From: Candidatus Saccharimonadota bacterium
GTDB lineage: Bacteria > Patescibacteriota > Saccharimonadia > Saccharimonadales > UBA4665
Assembly (NCBI GenBank): GCA_029288335.1
Contig: JARIHJ010000053.1
Span: 1 to 29,863, forward strand
Length of the DNA: 29,863 nucleotides
Direction of reading: 5' to 3'
Positions 9,758 to 20,167 of this stretch are shown here, piece after piece (position 1 is the stretch's first letter; each line of letters opens with the position of its first letter). The position numbers were made by a program, and so were the translations under genes. The notes under the pieces were generated by a model. That model saw nothing but the letters and a program-made list of their open reading frames with translations. It had not been told where the DNA came from and did no database searches.

Positions 9758-12501
9758 TGATTGGCTATATCCGTCGCGACCTAGCTACTACTATAAGATT
9801 ACTATTGGCGACGGTTGTAGTGGTACTGGGTGTGGTAGCGCTCCGAACTATGTCCGCGAGTGCTTTATATAGTACGGCAACGATTCAGGCCAATTTAGCT
9901 AACGGCGTCTCTACGGCGTACGGATGGGACAGTGGTTGCCGAAGCGCTATCGGAGTCAGCAGAGGCTTAACTTTTAACAATGGGCTGCGGGCTAGAATCG
10001 ACCAAACCTCTCCACCAGCTTCCTATGTGCTTTCGACCTGGATTTCTGCTAAGGGTCAGCCAAACACAACCAACCCTGTTAATGTAGCTTATGGCACCAC
10101 GACCGTGCCGATGCAGTTTAACAGCGTTAACTTTTTGTGCCGTACCCTTATAGCGCCCGACCTCAGTCGCGGTTGTACCGATTTGTCAGTTTCTGCTTAC
10201 GATATATATCGCTCTGGTGGCTGGGTTACACCTACCAATGCCGCAGATGCTTATCCTAACGCTGAATGGGCCCCTAATGGAGGCTGTATGAATCCAGCCA
10301 AGACTGGGGTAGCAATTCAACTCAGTAATCTTACTGCCCAAAGTTCAGGTGGGGCACAAGGGGTCGTTTCTGGGTTTACCAATGGTTCCATACTGGATAT
10401 TGGAAGAAATAATACTTCACGCTACTGGTTCTCGAATAAAACATACTTTAACTATTACGATGCAAATGGGCTTACTCAGGACCAAACAGTTACCTTTAAA
10501 GCTGATTACAAAAATATCTCAACCTATTACGGGTCGACTTATATTTGCTCTGGTGTCACAGTGTCGGGCCCCCATTCATTTGGGAGTTGTCCAATCAAAC
10601 ACACCACCTTTACTATTTATATACACGTGGGGCCGCCGCCTTGTCCGGCGGGTGAAACTGGCACGCCGCCAAACTGCAAAAAGCCCAGTGTGTGCCCAGG
10701 TGATCCTAATATTCAGGCCAACGCGCTAGTAACAGTGCCAACGCCGTACAATACCCCCGATCCACAAACCGCACCCACCGGCACGACAACGACGCAGGGA
10801 GCCACCTACACTCAGGATATACCAGTGAAAAATGGTAATTTCACAGTCGCCGATACAAGCACTGGTGGCACACCGGTGTCGCCAGCTAGCCTCAATCTCC
10901 AGGTGGCAGCCGATCAACAGTCGGCCATAGTTGACTATACAATCTTTACTAAGACTTATCCGTACGACCACAACCAGGCGTCTGTAAGTTACTACACATA
11001 CTATCGAACCCAAACCTGGAAAGCGACTAAATCCAATGGTAATGGAACTTACAGCTATGTACAGGCAGGCGGACTGAGCGGCCAAACGCAGAACTACAAC
11101 ACGGCGGTGGGGTACACGATGAGCCCTTGCTACAAGCGCAGCTTTACGGCCAGCTGGGACCCTCAGCCGACTAGTGGTACGCTGGATAACGCCGAGGATC
11201 CGACTAGTGCTAATTTCACTGGTAACACTGTCAATGTACACTTTTACGGCCCGGTTGACCCCAAGAACTTGCGGTTGCCATCCGTAGTTACACTGACTTA
11301 CAGTGGCAGCGGGCCCTATGGGAGTTGTAACGGTGGCACGCTTACAATTACGTCTCCGAATAATTCAGCGAGTGATAATACGGGCAGTTTCAATTTATCC
11401 TGCCCGGTTTCGGCGCCGCCATTGGAGGTTGGCCAGCAAGTTTGCATAAATATGACGGTTACTCCCCAGGCAGGTGACGTCGACGATGCCGGCAATATGT
11501 CAAACACCTCTGGATCACTAACGGCTAATCCTTGCACTAATGCTCTGATCGATGAACCGTATACGCACTTTTTTGGTGAGGATGTATCTACGGGCGGAGA
11601 TTTCGCTAATGGCAATGATCTGTGCGCCGGCGAGAATCCAACTCAAGGGGGGCAAATCCTGACCTGGCTGGAAGACGCGGCCCGTGGTTCGGGCGCTCAG
11701 TTTGCGGCAATCTCCGGTGGAAATAGGGGCTCGGTTAACCAATTTTCTACTGCCAATTTGCGTGGTGCCAATCCGATTGCGCCGAACGGCTTGCTATTGC
11801 CAAACAACCCGCCAAACGGTAGTTTGGGCACTAGTGCGTGCATACCAGACTATTACGGCAGCAGGCCGAACTCACTTACTGCGTGGCCCGGTACACCGGC
11901 TGCCGGCCAGACCAAAGCTTATATACTGAACGGCAACACCTTAGGGGGCTTTAGCGTCCCACTCGGCACTAGCGTGGCTATCTATGCCAGCGGCAGTGTG
12001 ACCGTTACAGGCAATATTACCTATGCCGGTGCCGGCGGCGGCTGGACGGTTAACGGCAACCAAAGTAACGTCCCGTCACTATTCGTCATAGCTAAGGGCA
12101 ACATCAGTGCCGCACCGAATGTTACCGAACTTGATGGTACTTATGTAGCCCAGGGTGGCACCTTTGATAGCTGTAGCACGCACGACTACACCAGCTGCAA
12201 TAGCCAGCTCGTGGTTTATGGCTCGGTCATAGCCAAGCAGTTAAACTTGTTCCGAACCTATTCCTCGCTGCGTGACTCCAAGCCCGGAGAATACCCTAAT
12301 CCACTGGGTAATACAGGTAACTGTGATGTAGGTGACAACGGTAATCCGACCGGCCCTGGGGGCGCGCGCCCAACTAATTACGACTGTGCGGCCGAAATTT
12401 TCATCTTTAGCCCGGAGACATACTTGCCGCGGCCGGCCATACCACCGTTCAGTAATTCTCAACAATACGATGCCATTTTCAGCCTCTCACCGGTATTGTA
12501 A
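9754..12501 (+). CDS. Large Cys-rich secreted protein, candidate pilus-associated adhesin
   Basis: 915 aa with a signal/TM N-terminus, many paired Cys, Pro-rich linker GPPPCPAGETGTPPNC and a beta-helix-like C-terminal region (GSVTVTGNITY...LFVIAKGNI...LVVYGSVIA). Directly upstream of pilM. Confidence 0.7.
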   Translation: MMIGYIRRDLATTIRLLLATVVVVLGVVALRTMSASALYSTATIQANLANGVSTAYGWDSGCRSAIGVSRGLTFNNGLRARIDQTSPPASYVLSTWISAKGQPNTTNPVNVAYGTTTVPMQFNSVNFLCRTLIAPDLSRGCTDLSVSAYDIYRSGGWVTPTNAADAYPNAEWAPNGGCMNPAKTGVAIQLSNLTAQSSGGAQGVVSGFTNGSILDIGRNNTSRYWFSNKTYFNYYDANGLTQDQTVTFKADYKNISTYYGSTYICSGVTVSGPHSFGSCPIKHTTFTIYIHVGPPPCPAGETGTPPNCKKPSVCPGDPNIQANALVTVPTPYNTPDPQTAPTGTTTTQGATYTQDIPVKNGNFTVADTSTGGTPVSPASLNLQVAADQQSAIVDYTIFTKTYPYDHNQASVSYYTYYRTQTWKATKSNGNGTYSYVQAGGLSGQTQNYNTAVGYTMSPCYKRSFTASWDPQPTSGTLDNAEDPTSANFTGNTVNVHFYGPVDPKNLRLPSVVTLTYSGSGPYGSCNGGTLTITSPNNSASDNTGSFNLSCPVSAPPLEVGQQVCINMTVTPQAGDVDDAGNMSNTSGSLTANPCTNALIDEPYTHFFGEDVSTGGDFANGNDLCAGENPTQGGQILTWLEDAARGSGAQFAAISGGNRGSVNQFSTANLRGANPIAPNGLLLPNNPPNGSLGTSACIPDYYGSRPNSLTAWPGTPAAGQTKAYILNGNTLGGFSVPLGTSVAIYASGSVTVTGNITYAGAGGGWTVNGNQSNVPSLFVIAKGNISAAPNVTELDGTYVAQGGTFDSCSTHDYTSCNSQLVVYGSVIAKQLNLFRTYSSLRDSKPGEYPNPLGNTGNCDVGDNGNPTGPGGARPTNYDCAAEIFIFSPETYLPRPAIPPFSNSQQYDAIFSLSPVL

Positions 12502-12615
12502 AATTTTTACCGGTTATGTATAAATATGTATGGAGTTATCTAAATAAAAATTTTAAGCGGTGGGACAGATGCTAAAGACACAAACCACAAAAAATAGTTG
12601 TTATCGGAGTGGGCA

Positions 12616-13656
12616 ATGAGCCTGCTCTCCGGTGTCTCGAATTTCTTCGGTCTCGATCTAGGGACGGAAGCGATCCGGGTGGTTGAATTGCGTGGTAATG
12701 CTCCGACCAAAACTCTCGTTAAGTATGCCTACGTACCGGTTGATAGCCGGGCTTCGAGAAGTGATTCCAGAGCTGACCAGCAGAAGCTGTTGCAGGCCTT
12801 GAAGAGTTTGTTATCGCAGGCCAGGCTATCTACCCAAAATGTAGCCGTCAACTTACCGTCTGATCGGGTATTTACTACTGTAACTGAGTTTGATCGACTG
12901 AACCCTAGTGAGCTTCATAGAGCTTTGCAGCTCCAGGCTGACTCACTTATCCCGACTCCAGTAGCCGAATCCAAAATCGACTGGGCGGTGATTGGTGATT
13001 CGCCGACCGATAAGACTAAAGTCGAGGTGCTACTCTCTAGTGTAGCCAATAACTTTGTTGAGCAGAGGCTGGATATGCTCGAGTCGATCGGGCTGAACGT
13101 AATTGCTTTTGAACCCAGTAACCTAGCATTAGCCCGAGCGCTGGTGCCAACTGGTGCCAATCTGCCTCACTTGGTGTTGGATATCGGCAGTGCTACGACG
13201 GACTTGGTGATTATTGCCAATGAGGCGCCCCATTTGACCAGGGCGATTCCTATCGGTACAGATAGCGTTATCCGGGCGGCTGCACAGAATTTGAATGTGG
13301 ACGACAAACAGGCGCAGCAATTAGTCTTTAAGTTTGGCCTGAGCCAGCAAAAGTTGGAAGGTCAGGTCTTTCAGGCGATTAAGCCGACAGTCGACAACTT
13401 GGTCAGCGAAGTAGATAAGTCATTGAAATTCTTTGCCCAGCGCTATCCGGATTCAAAGATTGATCGTCTGATAGTCGCTGGTGCCGCTGCCAGCATCCCT
13501 GAATTCCCGTTATACCTAGCTAAACAGTTCAATTTGAACACCGAAATCGGCAATGCTTGGCGCAATGTCAGCTATGCTCCAGAGCGCCAAAATGAGTTGT
13601 TATCGGTGTCAAACCAATTTAGTGTCGCGGTTGGTCTAGCTGAGAGGAAACAGTGA
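12616..13656 (+). CDS. pilM: Type IV pilus assembly protein PilM
   Basis: Actin-like fold motifs FGLDLG, LVLDIGSATT and IVAGAAASIP. ATG 12616 with GGAG upstream is preferred over TTG 12598. Confidence 0.93.
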   Translation: MSLLSGVSNFFGLDLGTEAIRVVELRGNAPTKTLVKYAYVPVDSRASRSDSRADQQKLLQALKSLLSQARLSTQNVAVNLPSDRVFTTVTEFDRLNPSELHRALQLQADSLIPTPVAESKIDWAVIGDSPTDKTKVEVLLSSVANNFVEQRLDMLESIGLNVIAFEPSNLALARALVPTGANLPHLVLDIGSATTDLVIIANEAPHLTRAIPIGTDSVIRAAAQNLNVDDKQAQQLVFKFGLSQQKLEGQVFQAIKPTVDNLVSEVDKSLKFFAQRYPDSKIDRLIVAGAAASIPEFPLYLAKQFNLNTEIGNAWRNVSYAPERQNELLSVSNQFSVAVGLAERKQ

Positions 13657-14339
13657 TGGCGGTGCAATTTAACTTACTACCTGATGTCAAATATCAGTAC
13701 CTGAGAGCTAAACAGCTGCAGCGCTTGGCGGTGTCGGGCGCATCTATAGCCGTGGCCGTCTGTGTGGTGGTAATAATTTTGTTGGTTCTGTGGGTTGACG
13801 TGTGGCAAAAGCACACTATCAGCTCGACCACCGATAATATTAGGACCGCCGCCGCCAAGATCGAGTCGATCAATGGCTTGGACAAGATAATTACCGTCCA
13901 GAGCCAGCTAGACAGTCTGCCGAGCCTATACGCGCAGGATCCGCAGGTTTCCAGAATCTTCGGCTACATTACGCAGTTGACGCCGCCAAACGTGACAATA
14001 GGGGATTTACAGCTTGATTTTACCCAGGACACAATGGAAATTAGGGGATCGGCTCCGGGCCTTGACGATGTTAATGCCTACACAGACAGCCTGAAGAGTG
14101 CGACCTATAACGACAAAACCAGCGGTGCTACTGGCGTCCAAGCCTTTACAAGCGTGGTGCTGAGCTCCTTTAGCCGCGACGACAAGGGCGCGACCTATAC
14201 CATTGATATGAACTTCGACCCCTTGCTATTCCAGGCATCTGAAAACATCACCCTATACGTACCGCAAAAGACCAACTTACCGCAAGTGCCAGGCTTAAAT
14301 GGCAGTATTTTCAAGGCATTACCTAAGGGGGGGCAATAG
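13653..14339 (+). CDS. pilN: Type IV pilus assembly protein PilN
   Basis: QFNLLP N-terminal PilM-binding motif, one TM, coiled coil, ferredoxin-like C domain. Confidence 0.85.
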   Translation: MMAVQFNLLPDVKYQYLRAKQLQRLAVSGASIAVAVCVVVIILLVLWVDVWQKHTISSTTDNIRTAAAKIESINGLDKIITVQSQLDSLPSLYAQDPQVSRIFGYITQLTPPNVTIGDLQLDFTQDTMEIRGSAPGLDDVNAYTDSLKSATYNDKTSGATGVQAFTSVVLSSFSRDDKGATYTIDMNFDPLLFQASENITLYVPQKTNLPQVPGLNGSIFKALPKGGQ

Positions 14340-14341
14340 TT

Positions 14342-15043
14342 ATGGCTACAATCTCTGGCCTTAAATCCCAAGCCGCCAACATTCAGATTGGCAAGCATCT
14401 GCAACTATCACGCGCGCAGACAGTGACTTTTTCGTCAATTGCGATAGCTGTGTTCGTAGTAGTGTTCACAATATTTGCGGCTAAATCACTGATTAGCGAG
14501 GGTAGTTTCCAGCACCAAGTGATCAATGCCAAACACGCCGCGCTAAACCAGCTCCAGGTGAACCAGACGAATGTTTCTAAGCTGGCCAACGCTTACAAGG
14601 CATTTATAAGCACTCCGCAGAATATGCTGGGAGGTTCGCCTACTGGCACGGGGCCGCAAGATGGCTCTAACGCCCAGCTAGTCTTGCAAGCATTGCCGTC
14701 AAAATATGACTTTCCCGCACTGACATCCAGCATCGAGAAGCTAATCACTGGCCAAAATATGACCATTCAGTCGATTAGCGGTTCCGACGATCAGGTAAAC
14801 CAGCAGAGCAACAATACTAGCGCCTCGCCGCAACCGGTAGCGATGCCATTTTCGGCTACCGCTGAAGGCAATTACGCCCAGGCGCAAGCGCTGATTGGCC
14901 AATTTCAACACTCAATTAGACCGTTTCAGATTATGACTCTGGAATTCCAGGGTGATCAAAGTGATATGACGGTCTCGATTACCGCCCAGACCTATTATCA
15001 ACCGGGTAAGAATTTTGCAGTGGGGCATAAGGAAATCAAATGA
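14342..15043 (+). CDS. pilO: Type IV pilus assembly protein PilO
   Basis: One TM, coiled coil, LPSKYDFPALTSSIEKL, and FSATAEGNY...RPFQI. Follows pilN. Confidence 0.8.
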   Translation: MATISGLKSQAANIQIGKHLQLSRAQTVTFSSIAIAVFVVVFTIFAAKSLISEGSFQHQVINAKHAALNQLQVNQTNVSKLANAYKAFISTPQNMLGGSPTGTGPQDGSNAQLVLQALPSKYDFPALTSSIEKLITGQNMTIQSISGSDDQVNQQSNNTSASPQPVAMPFSATAEGNYAQAQALIGQFQHSIRPFQIMTLEFQGDQSDMTVSITAQTYYQPGKNFAVGHKEIK

Positions 15044-15309
15044 AACGAAAAGATTTAGCCTTGCTCGCCGGAATATTGATTCTTAGTATCCTTATATCGT
15101 TAGTGATATCAAACTTAATTTTTGGCGGTAGTGGCTCTCGCCAGCAGCAGGTAGAAGTAGTCAGCCCGATCTCGGCTCAGTTCCCAGTTGATCAGGTTAG
15201 TGGTCCAGACAAACAATTCAACAGCAATGCCGTCAATCCAGCTCAGCTGATTCAGATCGGCCAGCCCAATGACAATCCTTTCAATGGTAATGCCAATAGT
15301 CCAAGCTAG
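15040..15309 (+). CDS. Small single-pass membrane protein in the pilP position
   Basis: 89 aa with an N-terminal TM and no lipobox; ATGA overlap with pilO. Confidence 0.7.
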   Translation: MKRKDLALLAGILILSILISLVISNLIFGGSGSRQQQVEVVSPISAQFPVDQVSGPDKQFNSNAVNPAQLIQIGQPNDNPFNGNANSPS

Positions 15310-15321
15310 GAGCTTCTCAAG

Positions 15322-17136
15322 GTGAGTGTACTCTCTGCTAACTCCCAGCGGGCGATTGAGGATCAGTTGGTTAGTTCGGGAATTATATCCGATAGTCAGA
15401 TGGCTGAATATAAAAGCGCCGCCGCCGCAGCCAAACAGCCTCTGTTGGCGTTCTTGGTAGCCGAGAAGCACATTAGCGACGAAGACCTGACCAAGGCTTC
15501 AGCGCACGTTAATGGCGTACCTTACGTTAACCTGTCAAATGTTTTTATTGACCATAAGGTTCTAGAACTTCTTCCAGAGGACGCAGCCAATCGCTATATG
15601 GCTGTACCACTTGGTGAGATGAAAGGTAGATTGGTCGTAGCGATGTTGGACGCCGACAACGTCCAGGCGGTCGACTTTCTGGCGACCAAGCTAGGTCGGC
15701 CACTAAAAGTCTACGCCGCTAGCGAATCTGGTATTAGGAGCGTACTAGCCCAATATAAGACCAAAATCGCCGCTAGCGAGATGGCAGAGCTTAAAAGTTT
15801 AGCTGAAGCTCAGAACCAGGCGGAAGCTACTGCCGAGCCAGCCCACAAGGCCAAATCTGCCAGGGTCAAGGCCGATGACATCCAGACTATTGTTCAGGAT
15901 TCACCTGTCTCCAAGGTGCTAACCACTATCTTGGAATTTGCCGCCAATAATCACGCCAGCGATATTCATATCGAACCCGCTGAAACCGAGCTCAAGATTC
16001 GTTGCCGCGTTGATGGGGTTTTACGCGAGATTATGACGTTGCCGAAGGAAATCGAGCCGGCCTTAATTTCCCGGGTAAAAATTTTAGCGACGCTCAAAAT
16101 CGATGAACATCGCGTGCCGCAGGACGGTGAATTCACCGTCAAGGTCGGCGATAACGCGATCGACTTGCGTATCGCTATTTCGCCGGTTATCTGGGGTGAG
16201 CAGGTCGTTATCCGTTTGCTCGACAAGTCTGGCACATCCCTGAGGCTGGAAGATATGGGTTATAAGGGCCGTGCCCTCCGGACGATACGTGATGGCATCA
16301 AACAGTCTAGCGGTATGATCTTGACCAGCGGTCCGACGGGTTCAGGTAAGTCGACGTCGATGTACGCTCTCCTTCAGGAGGTTAAAAGTGACACCGTCAA
16401 CATTGTCACCCTGGAAGACCCGGTTGAGTACAAAATGGACGGAATTAATCAGATTCAGGTCAATAGCGCGGTTGGCCTGACGTTTGCCAATGGCCTGCGC
16501 TCAATTTTGCGCCAGGACCCAGACATCATTATGGTCGGCGAAATTCGCGACAAGGAGACTGCCGATCTGGCGGTGCAGGCTAGCTTAACCGGCCACTTGG
16601 TATTTAGCACGCTCCACACCAACAGCGCAGCTGGCATTTTGCCACGCTTGCTCGATATGGGCATTGAGCCGTTTTTGATTGCTAGCACGGTACATACTGT
16701 CATCGGTCAGCGGCTAGTCCGCCGGATCAGTAGCAAAAAAGAAGACTACCAGTCAGACGTTGCCGAAACGGCAGCAATCAAGGAAACGATTGGCGCTTAT
16801 TTGCCGAAGTCGGACGAGGACAAGCAGAAAGTTGGCGAAGACCTAGGTTTCGAAAACTTGCCTCTAGCCGACCAAAATGCTTATACTTTAGCTAAGGGCA
16901 TTGACGCGCCCGACGCTCCAGGTGGCTACAAAGGCCGGATGGGCGTCTATGAGGTCTTTAACGTCAGCCAAAAAATACAAGAATTAATCTTAAAACGAGC
17001 AACATCCAGTGAAATACAAAAAGTCGCCAGCTCAGAGGGAATGCTAACAATGCGCCAAGATGGCTATCTGAAAGCTTTGAGTGGTATGACCACTTTACAA
17101 GAAGTTAACAGAGTTGCATCCGAGGGGGCCGCTTAA
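15322..17136 (+). CDS. pilB: Type IV pilus extension ATPase PilB (GspE/PulE family)
   Basis: ASDIHIEP, GPTGSGKS, TLEDPVEY, LRQDPDIIMVGEIRD, STLHTN, plus an N-terminal GspE N-domain. Confidence 0.95.
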   Translation: MSVLSANSQRAIEDQLVSSGIISDSQMAEYKSAAAAAKQPLLAFLVAEKHISDEDLTKASAHVNGVPYVNLSNVFIDHKVLELLPEDAANRYMAVPLGEMKGRLVVAMLDADNVQAVDFLATKLGRPLKVYAASESGIRSVLAQYKTKIAASEMAELKSLAEAQNQAEATAEPAHKAKSARVKADDIQTIVQDSPVSKVLTTILEFAANNHASDIHIEPAETELKIRCRVDGVLREIMTLPKEIEPALISRVKILATLKIDEHRVPQDGEFTVKVGDNAIDLRIAISPVIWGEQVVIRLLDKSGTSLRLEDMGYKGRALRTIRDGIKQSSGMILTSGPTGSGKSTSMYALLQEVKSDTVNIVTLEDPVEYKMDGINQIQVNSAVGLTFANGLRSILRQDPDIIMVGEIRDKETADLAVQASLTGHLVFSTLHTNSAAGILPRLLDMGIEPFLIASTVHTVIGQRLVRRISSKKEDYQSDVAETAAIKETIGAYLPKSDEDKQKVGEDLGFENLPLADQNAYTLAKGIDAPDAPGGYKGRMGVYEVFNVSQKIQELILKRATSSEIQKVASSEGMLTMRQDGYLKALSGMTTLQEVNRVASEGAA

Positions 17137-18204
17137 ATGAACGCGCAACCCAAAATCGAAGTCCTGCTCGAGGAGTGTGTCAAGCGGAAGGCCTCAGACC
17201 TTCATATCCAGGTTGGTTTGCCGCCGATGCTCAGAATCGATGGTAAATTGGCGCCGGTGCCAGGTACCGACGTATTGAATGACGAGGCGGTCGAGGCATT
17301 AATTTTCGCGATTCTGGACGAAGACCAGAAGCAAGTACTCTTGAAGGATAAAGAGTTCGACTTTAGTTTCGCTTTTGGCGATATGGGGCGTTTTCGTGTC
17401 AACGCTTTCCACGAGCGTGGCAATCTAGCGGCCGCACTCAGGCTTATCACCAATAATATGCAGACCATCGAGCAGCTTGGTTTGCCGTCGGTGGTCAACA
17501 AGTTTGCTGATTACCCGCGTGGCCTTGTACTGGTAACCGGTCCGACGGGCTCGGGTAAGTCGACCACGCTGGCGGCTATGATCGACAAGATCAATCACGA
17601 GCGTGCCGAGCATATTATCACCATCGAAGATCCGATCGAATACACCCATCAATCGAAGAAATCCGTCGTTGTCCAGCGCGAAGTTCATTACGATACGTAT
17701 AGCTTTAGTGCAGCCCTGCGTTCGGCGCTACGCGAAGACCCGGATGTGGTGCTGCTGGGGGAAATGCGCGATCTCGAGACGATCGCTAGCGCTATTACTA
17801 TCGCCGAAACCGGTCACTTAGTCTTTGCGACCCTTCACACCAACAGCGCGGCTCAGAGTATCGACCGTATGATCGATGTTTTTCCGCCGCACCAGCAGCC
17901 CCAAATTCGCTCGCAGCTATCGAATATATTGATGGCCATCGTCTCGCAGCGGTTGATTCCGACGATTGGCGGCGGCCGCATTGCCGCGGCTGAGATTCTG
18001 GTGGCGACTAGCGCTGTGCGTAACATTATCCGCGAAGGTAAAACCCACCAGCTGGAGGCTGTCATCCAGACTGGCGCCGAGTTTGGTATGCAGAGTATGG
18101 ATAAGACCCTGGTTGAGTTAATCCACAGCGGCACAGTGACCTACGACGAGGCTAAGAATTTTGCTGTCGACCTAGATGAGCTCGACAGACTAATGAGGGG
18201 CTAG
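17137..18204 (+). CDS. pilT: Type IV pilus retraction ATPase PilT
   Basis: ASDLHI, GPTGSGKSTT, LREDPDVVLLGEMRD, TLHTNSA, and AVRNIIRE (AIRNLIRE motif). Confidence 0.96.
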   Translation: MNAQPKIEVLLEECVKRKASDLHIQVGLPPMLRIDGKLAPVPGTDVLNDEAVEALIFAILDEDQKQVLLKDKEFDFSFAFGDMGRFRVNAFHERGNLAAALRLITNNMQTIEQLGLPSVVNKFADYPRGLVLVTGPTGSGKSTTLAAMIDKINHERAEHIITIEDPIEYTHQSKKSVVVQREVHYDTYSFSAALRSALREDPDVVLLGEMRDLETIASAITIAETGHLVFATLHTNSAAQSIDRMIDVFPPHQQPQIRSQLSNILMAIVSQRLIPTIGGGRIAAAEILVATSAVRNIIREGKTHQLEAVIQTGAEFGMQSMDKTLVELIHSGTVTYDEAKNFAVDLDELDRLMRG

Positions 18205-18207
18205 GCA

Positions 18208-19446
18208 GTGTTAACCTATCACTACGAAGCACGCATACCTGTCACTGGCAAGCTGGTTAAGGGCGACGTGCAGGCTGAGAGTGAACAGGCGGCCGCTAAA
18301 GTTATAAAAGCCCAGGGTCAGGTGCCGATTTCGCTGACAATGAGCCGCAAAAGCGCTAATGGCTTCAACTTCGGCCATCGGGTTAAAACCAAAGAAAAAG
18401 TCCTGTTTTCCCGGCAATTATCGACGCTAATCAATGCCGGTCTGCCGCTATTGCAGAGTTTGCGCCAAGTTGCTGGCCAGACTCAAAATAAGACCCTGGC
18501 TGCCGCCGCGAATGACATTATCACGCAGATTGAGGGCGGTAAGGCTTTTAGCGCTTCGCTGGCCAAATACCCGAAGATCTTTGACCGTGTCTTCGTCAGT
18601 TTAGTAGCTGCCGGTGAGACCTCCGGCCAGCTGGATCAGACGCTAGAGCGCTTGGCTAATCAGCAGGAAAAGGATGCCGATATCGTCTCGAAAGTCCGCG
18701 GCGCTATGATATATCCGGCAATCGTGCTGCTCGTGATGATTGCTGTGGTCGGTTTTATGGTCGTCAAGGTGCTGCCACAGGTACAGAACATTTACAGCGG
18801 CCTGCAAGGTGTTAGCCTGCCGTTCCTAACCAAGTTTCTCTTGGATATTTCGCATTTCGTGACGCACTTTTGGTGGGTAGTAATTATCATCCTGATAATA
18901 ATAGTTTTCTCAACTACCCGGTTGTCGAAGACGCCTGGTGGTCGCCAATTTTTTGACAAGCTCAAGATGAAGGCCTGGCCCATCGCGCCGCTATTCAACA
19001 AGATGTATATGGCTCGTTTTAGCCGCACGGCCCAGTCACTAGTAGCCAGCGGTGTGCCACTGCTGCAGGTCATCGACATCACCGGTGAAGCCGTCAACAA
19101 CGTTTACATCAAAGCTTCGTTGCAGCGCGCCGGCGAGAAGGTCAAAGGCGGCAAATCGCTTAGCGAGGCAATCTCGGGCGATCCGAATTTCTTGGAGCTA
19201 GTGCCGAATATGCTGGCCATCGGCGAGCAATCTGGTGCGCTGGAAGTGATGATGGGCAAGGTCGCCGACTACTACGAAAAGGAAGTCGATAACGAGATCA
19301 AATCCGTATCGACCATCATTGAGCCGGTCCTGATGATTATTATGGGTGTAATGGCGCTCATCATCGTCGCCGCTATTCTTCTGCCGATTTATGGCCTGGT
19401 CAGTCAGTCAGGCTTTACTAACGGTATAGCCACCGGCGGTAAGTAG
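18208..19446 (+). CDS. pilC: Type IV pilus platform protein PilC (GspF family)
   Basis: FSRQLSTLINAGLPL, AGETSGQLD, AMIYP, IGEQSGAL and IEP motifs; three TM segments. Confidence 0.95.
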   Translation: MLTYHYEARIPVTGKLVKGDVQAESEQAAAKVIKAQGQVPISLTMSRKSANGFNFGHRVKTKEKVLFSRQLSTLINAGLPLLQSLRQVAGQTQNKTLAAAANDIITQIEGGKAFSASLAKYPKIFDRVFVSLVAAGETSGQLDQTLERLANQQEKDADIVSKVRGAMIYPAIVLLVMIAVVGFMVVKVLPQVQNIYSGLQGVSLPFLTKFLLDISHFVTHFWWVVIIILIIIVFSTTRLSKTPGGRQFFDKLKMKAWPIAPLFNKMYMARFSRTAQSLVASGVPLLQVIDITGEAVNNVYIKASLQRAGEKVKGGKSLSEAISGDPNFLELVPNMLAIGEQSGALEVMMGKVADYYEKEVDNEIKSVSTIIEPVLMIIMGVMALIIVAAILLPIYGLVSQSGFTNGIATGGK

Positions 19447-19550
19447 TTAAAAGTTGTGGAAAAGTCCTTGATTTTAGCTAACAAACTGATTAATATTTAG
19501 CCATAAGCGTAAAAATATAGCTTAATTAAAGGGCACCAATAAAAGGGGAA

Positions 19551-20072
19551 ATGAAAATGCTCAAAAAACTAAAAACTAATCAGCGTGGCTTCACCATCAT
19601 CGAAGTTATGATTGTGCTGGCCGTGGCGGCCTTGATCATCTTGATCGTGCTGCTTGCCGTGCCGGCGCTTCAGCGTAACAGCCGTAATACGGCGATTAAG
19701 AATGACGCTTCGGCTGTCGCAGCCGGGATTACAGAGTATGAGTCTAACAATAACGGTTCGTTGCCTAACACCATTGACAGTGCTAACACTTCTTCATTGA
19801 TATTGTGTAGAACTGGCGGCGGCGGTAACGGCGCTTGCCCATCTAACCCAACTGATGCTCCGGCTAATGTCAAGGTTCAGGGTAGCGATGTGGTTAAAGT
19901 AGGCACCGGTACTCTTGCGACAACTTCAGGCAATATTGGTCACATCCAAGTTGATTTTGGCTACGAGTGTAATGGCAACGGCGCTAGTCCGACAGTGTCG
20001 GCTCGCTCAACGGCCATTCTCTATCTAACAGAGACCTCTGGCACTCCGGTTCATTCGTGTGTTGACGCCTAG
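19551..20072 (+). CDS. pilA: Major type IV pilin
   Basis: Class III signal QRG|FTIIEVMIV with E5 and four Cys. Stand-alone gene with its own SD-like AAGGGGA and a strong terminator, as expected for the abundant subunit. Confidence 0.88.
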   Translation: MKMLKKLKTNQRGFTIIEVMIVLAVAALIILIVLLAVPALQRNSRNTAIKNDASAVAAGITEYESNNNGSLPNTIDSANTSSLILCRTGGGGNGACPSNPTDAPANVKVQGSDVVKVGTGTLATTSGNIGHIQVDFGYECNGNGASPTVSARSTAILYLTETSGTPVHSCVDA

Positions 20073-20090
20073 AGAAATCAATAGCCTCAC

Positions 20091-20125
20091 AGTTAAAACG
20101 GCCGCTTTATACGGCCGTTTTAACT
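20091..20125 (+). terminator. Intrinsic terminator hairpin after pilA
   Basis: Perfect 14-bp inverted repeat AGTTAAAACGGCCG / CGGCCGTTTTAACT with a 7-nt loop. Confidence 0.85.
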
Positions 20126-20151
20126 TGTAGCCAATGGCACTGTTAGTGGCG

Positions 20152-20160
20152 TGGTATCAT
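20152..20160 (+). promoter_or_regulatory. Extended -10 just before pilD (possibly leaderless transcript)
   Basis: TG-g-TATCAT ending 7 nt before the ATG at 20168. Confidence 0.5.
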
Positions 20161-20167
20161 CTAGCTA

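Noticed and set aside
20091-20125. 14-bp inverted repeat as a MITE or recombination site
   Set aside because: Its position 18 nt after the pilA stop and its T-rich flank fit an intrinsic terminator, and I saw no second copy.
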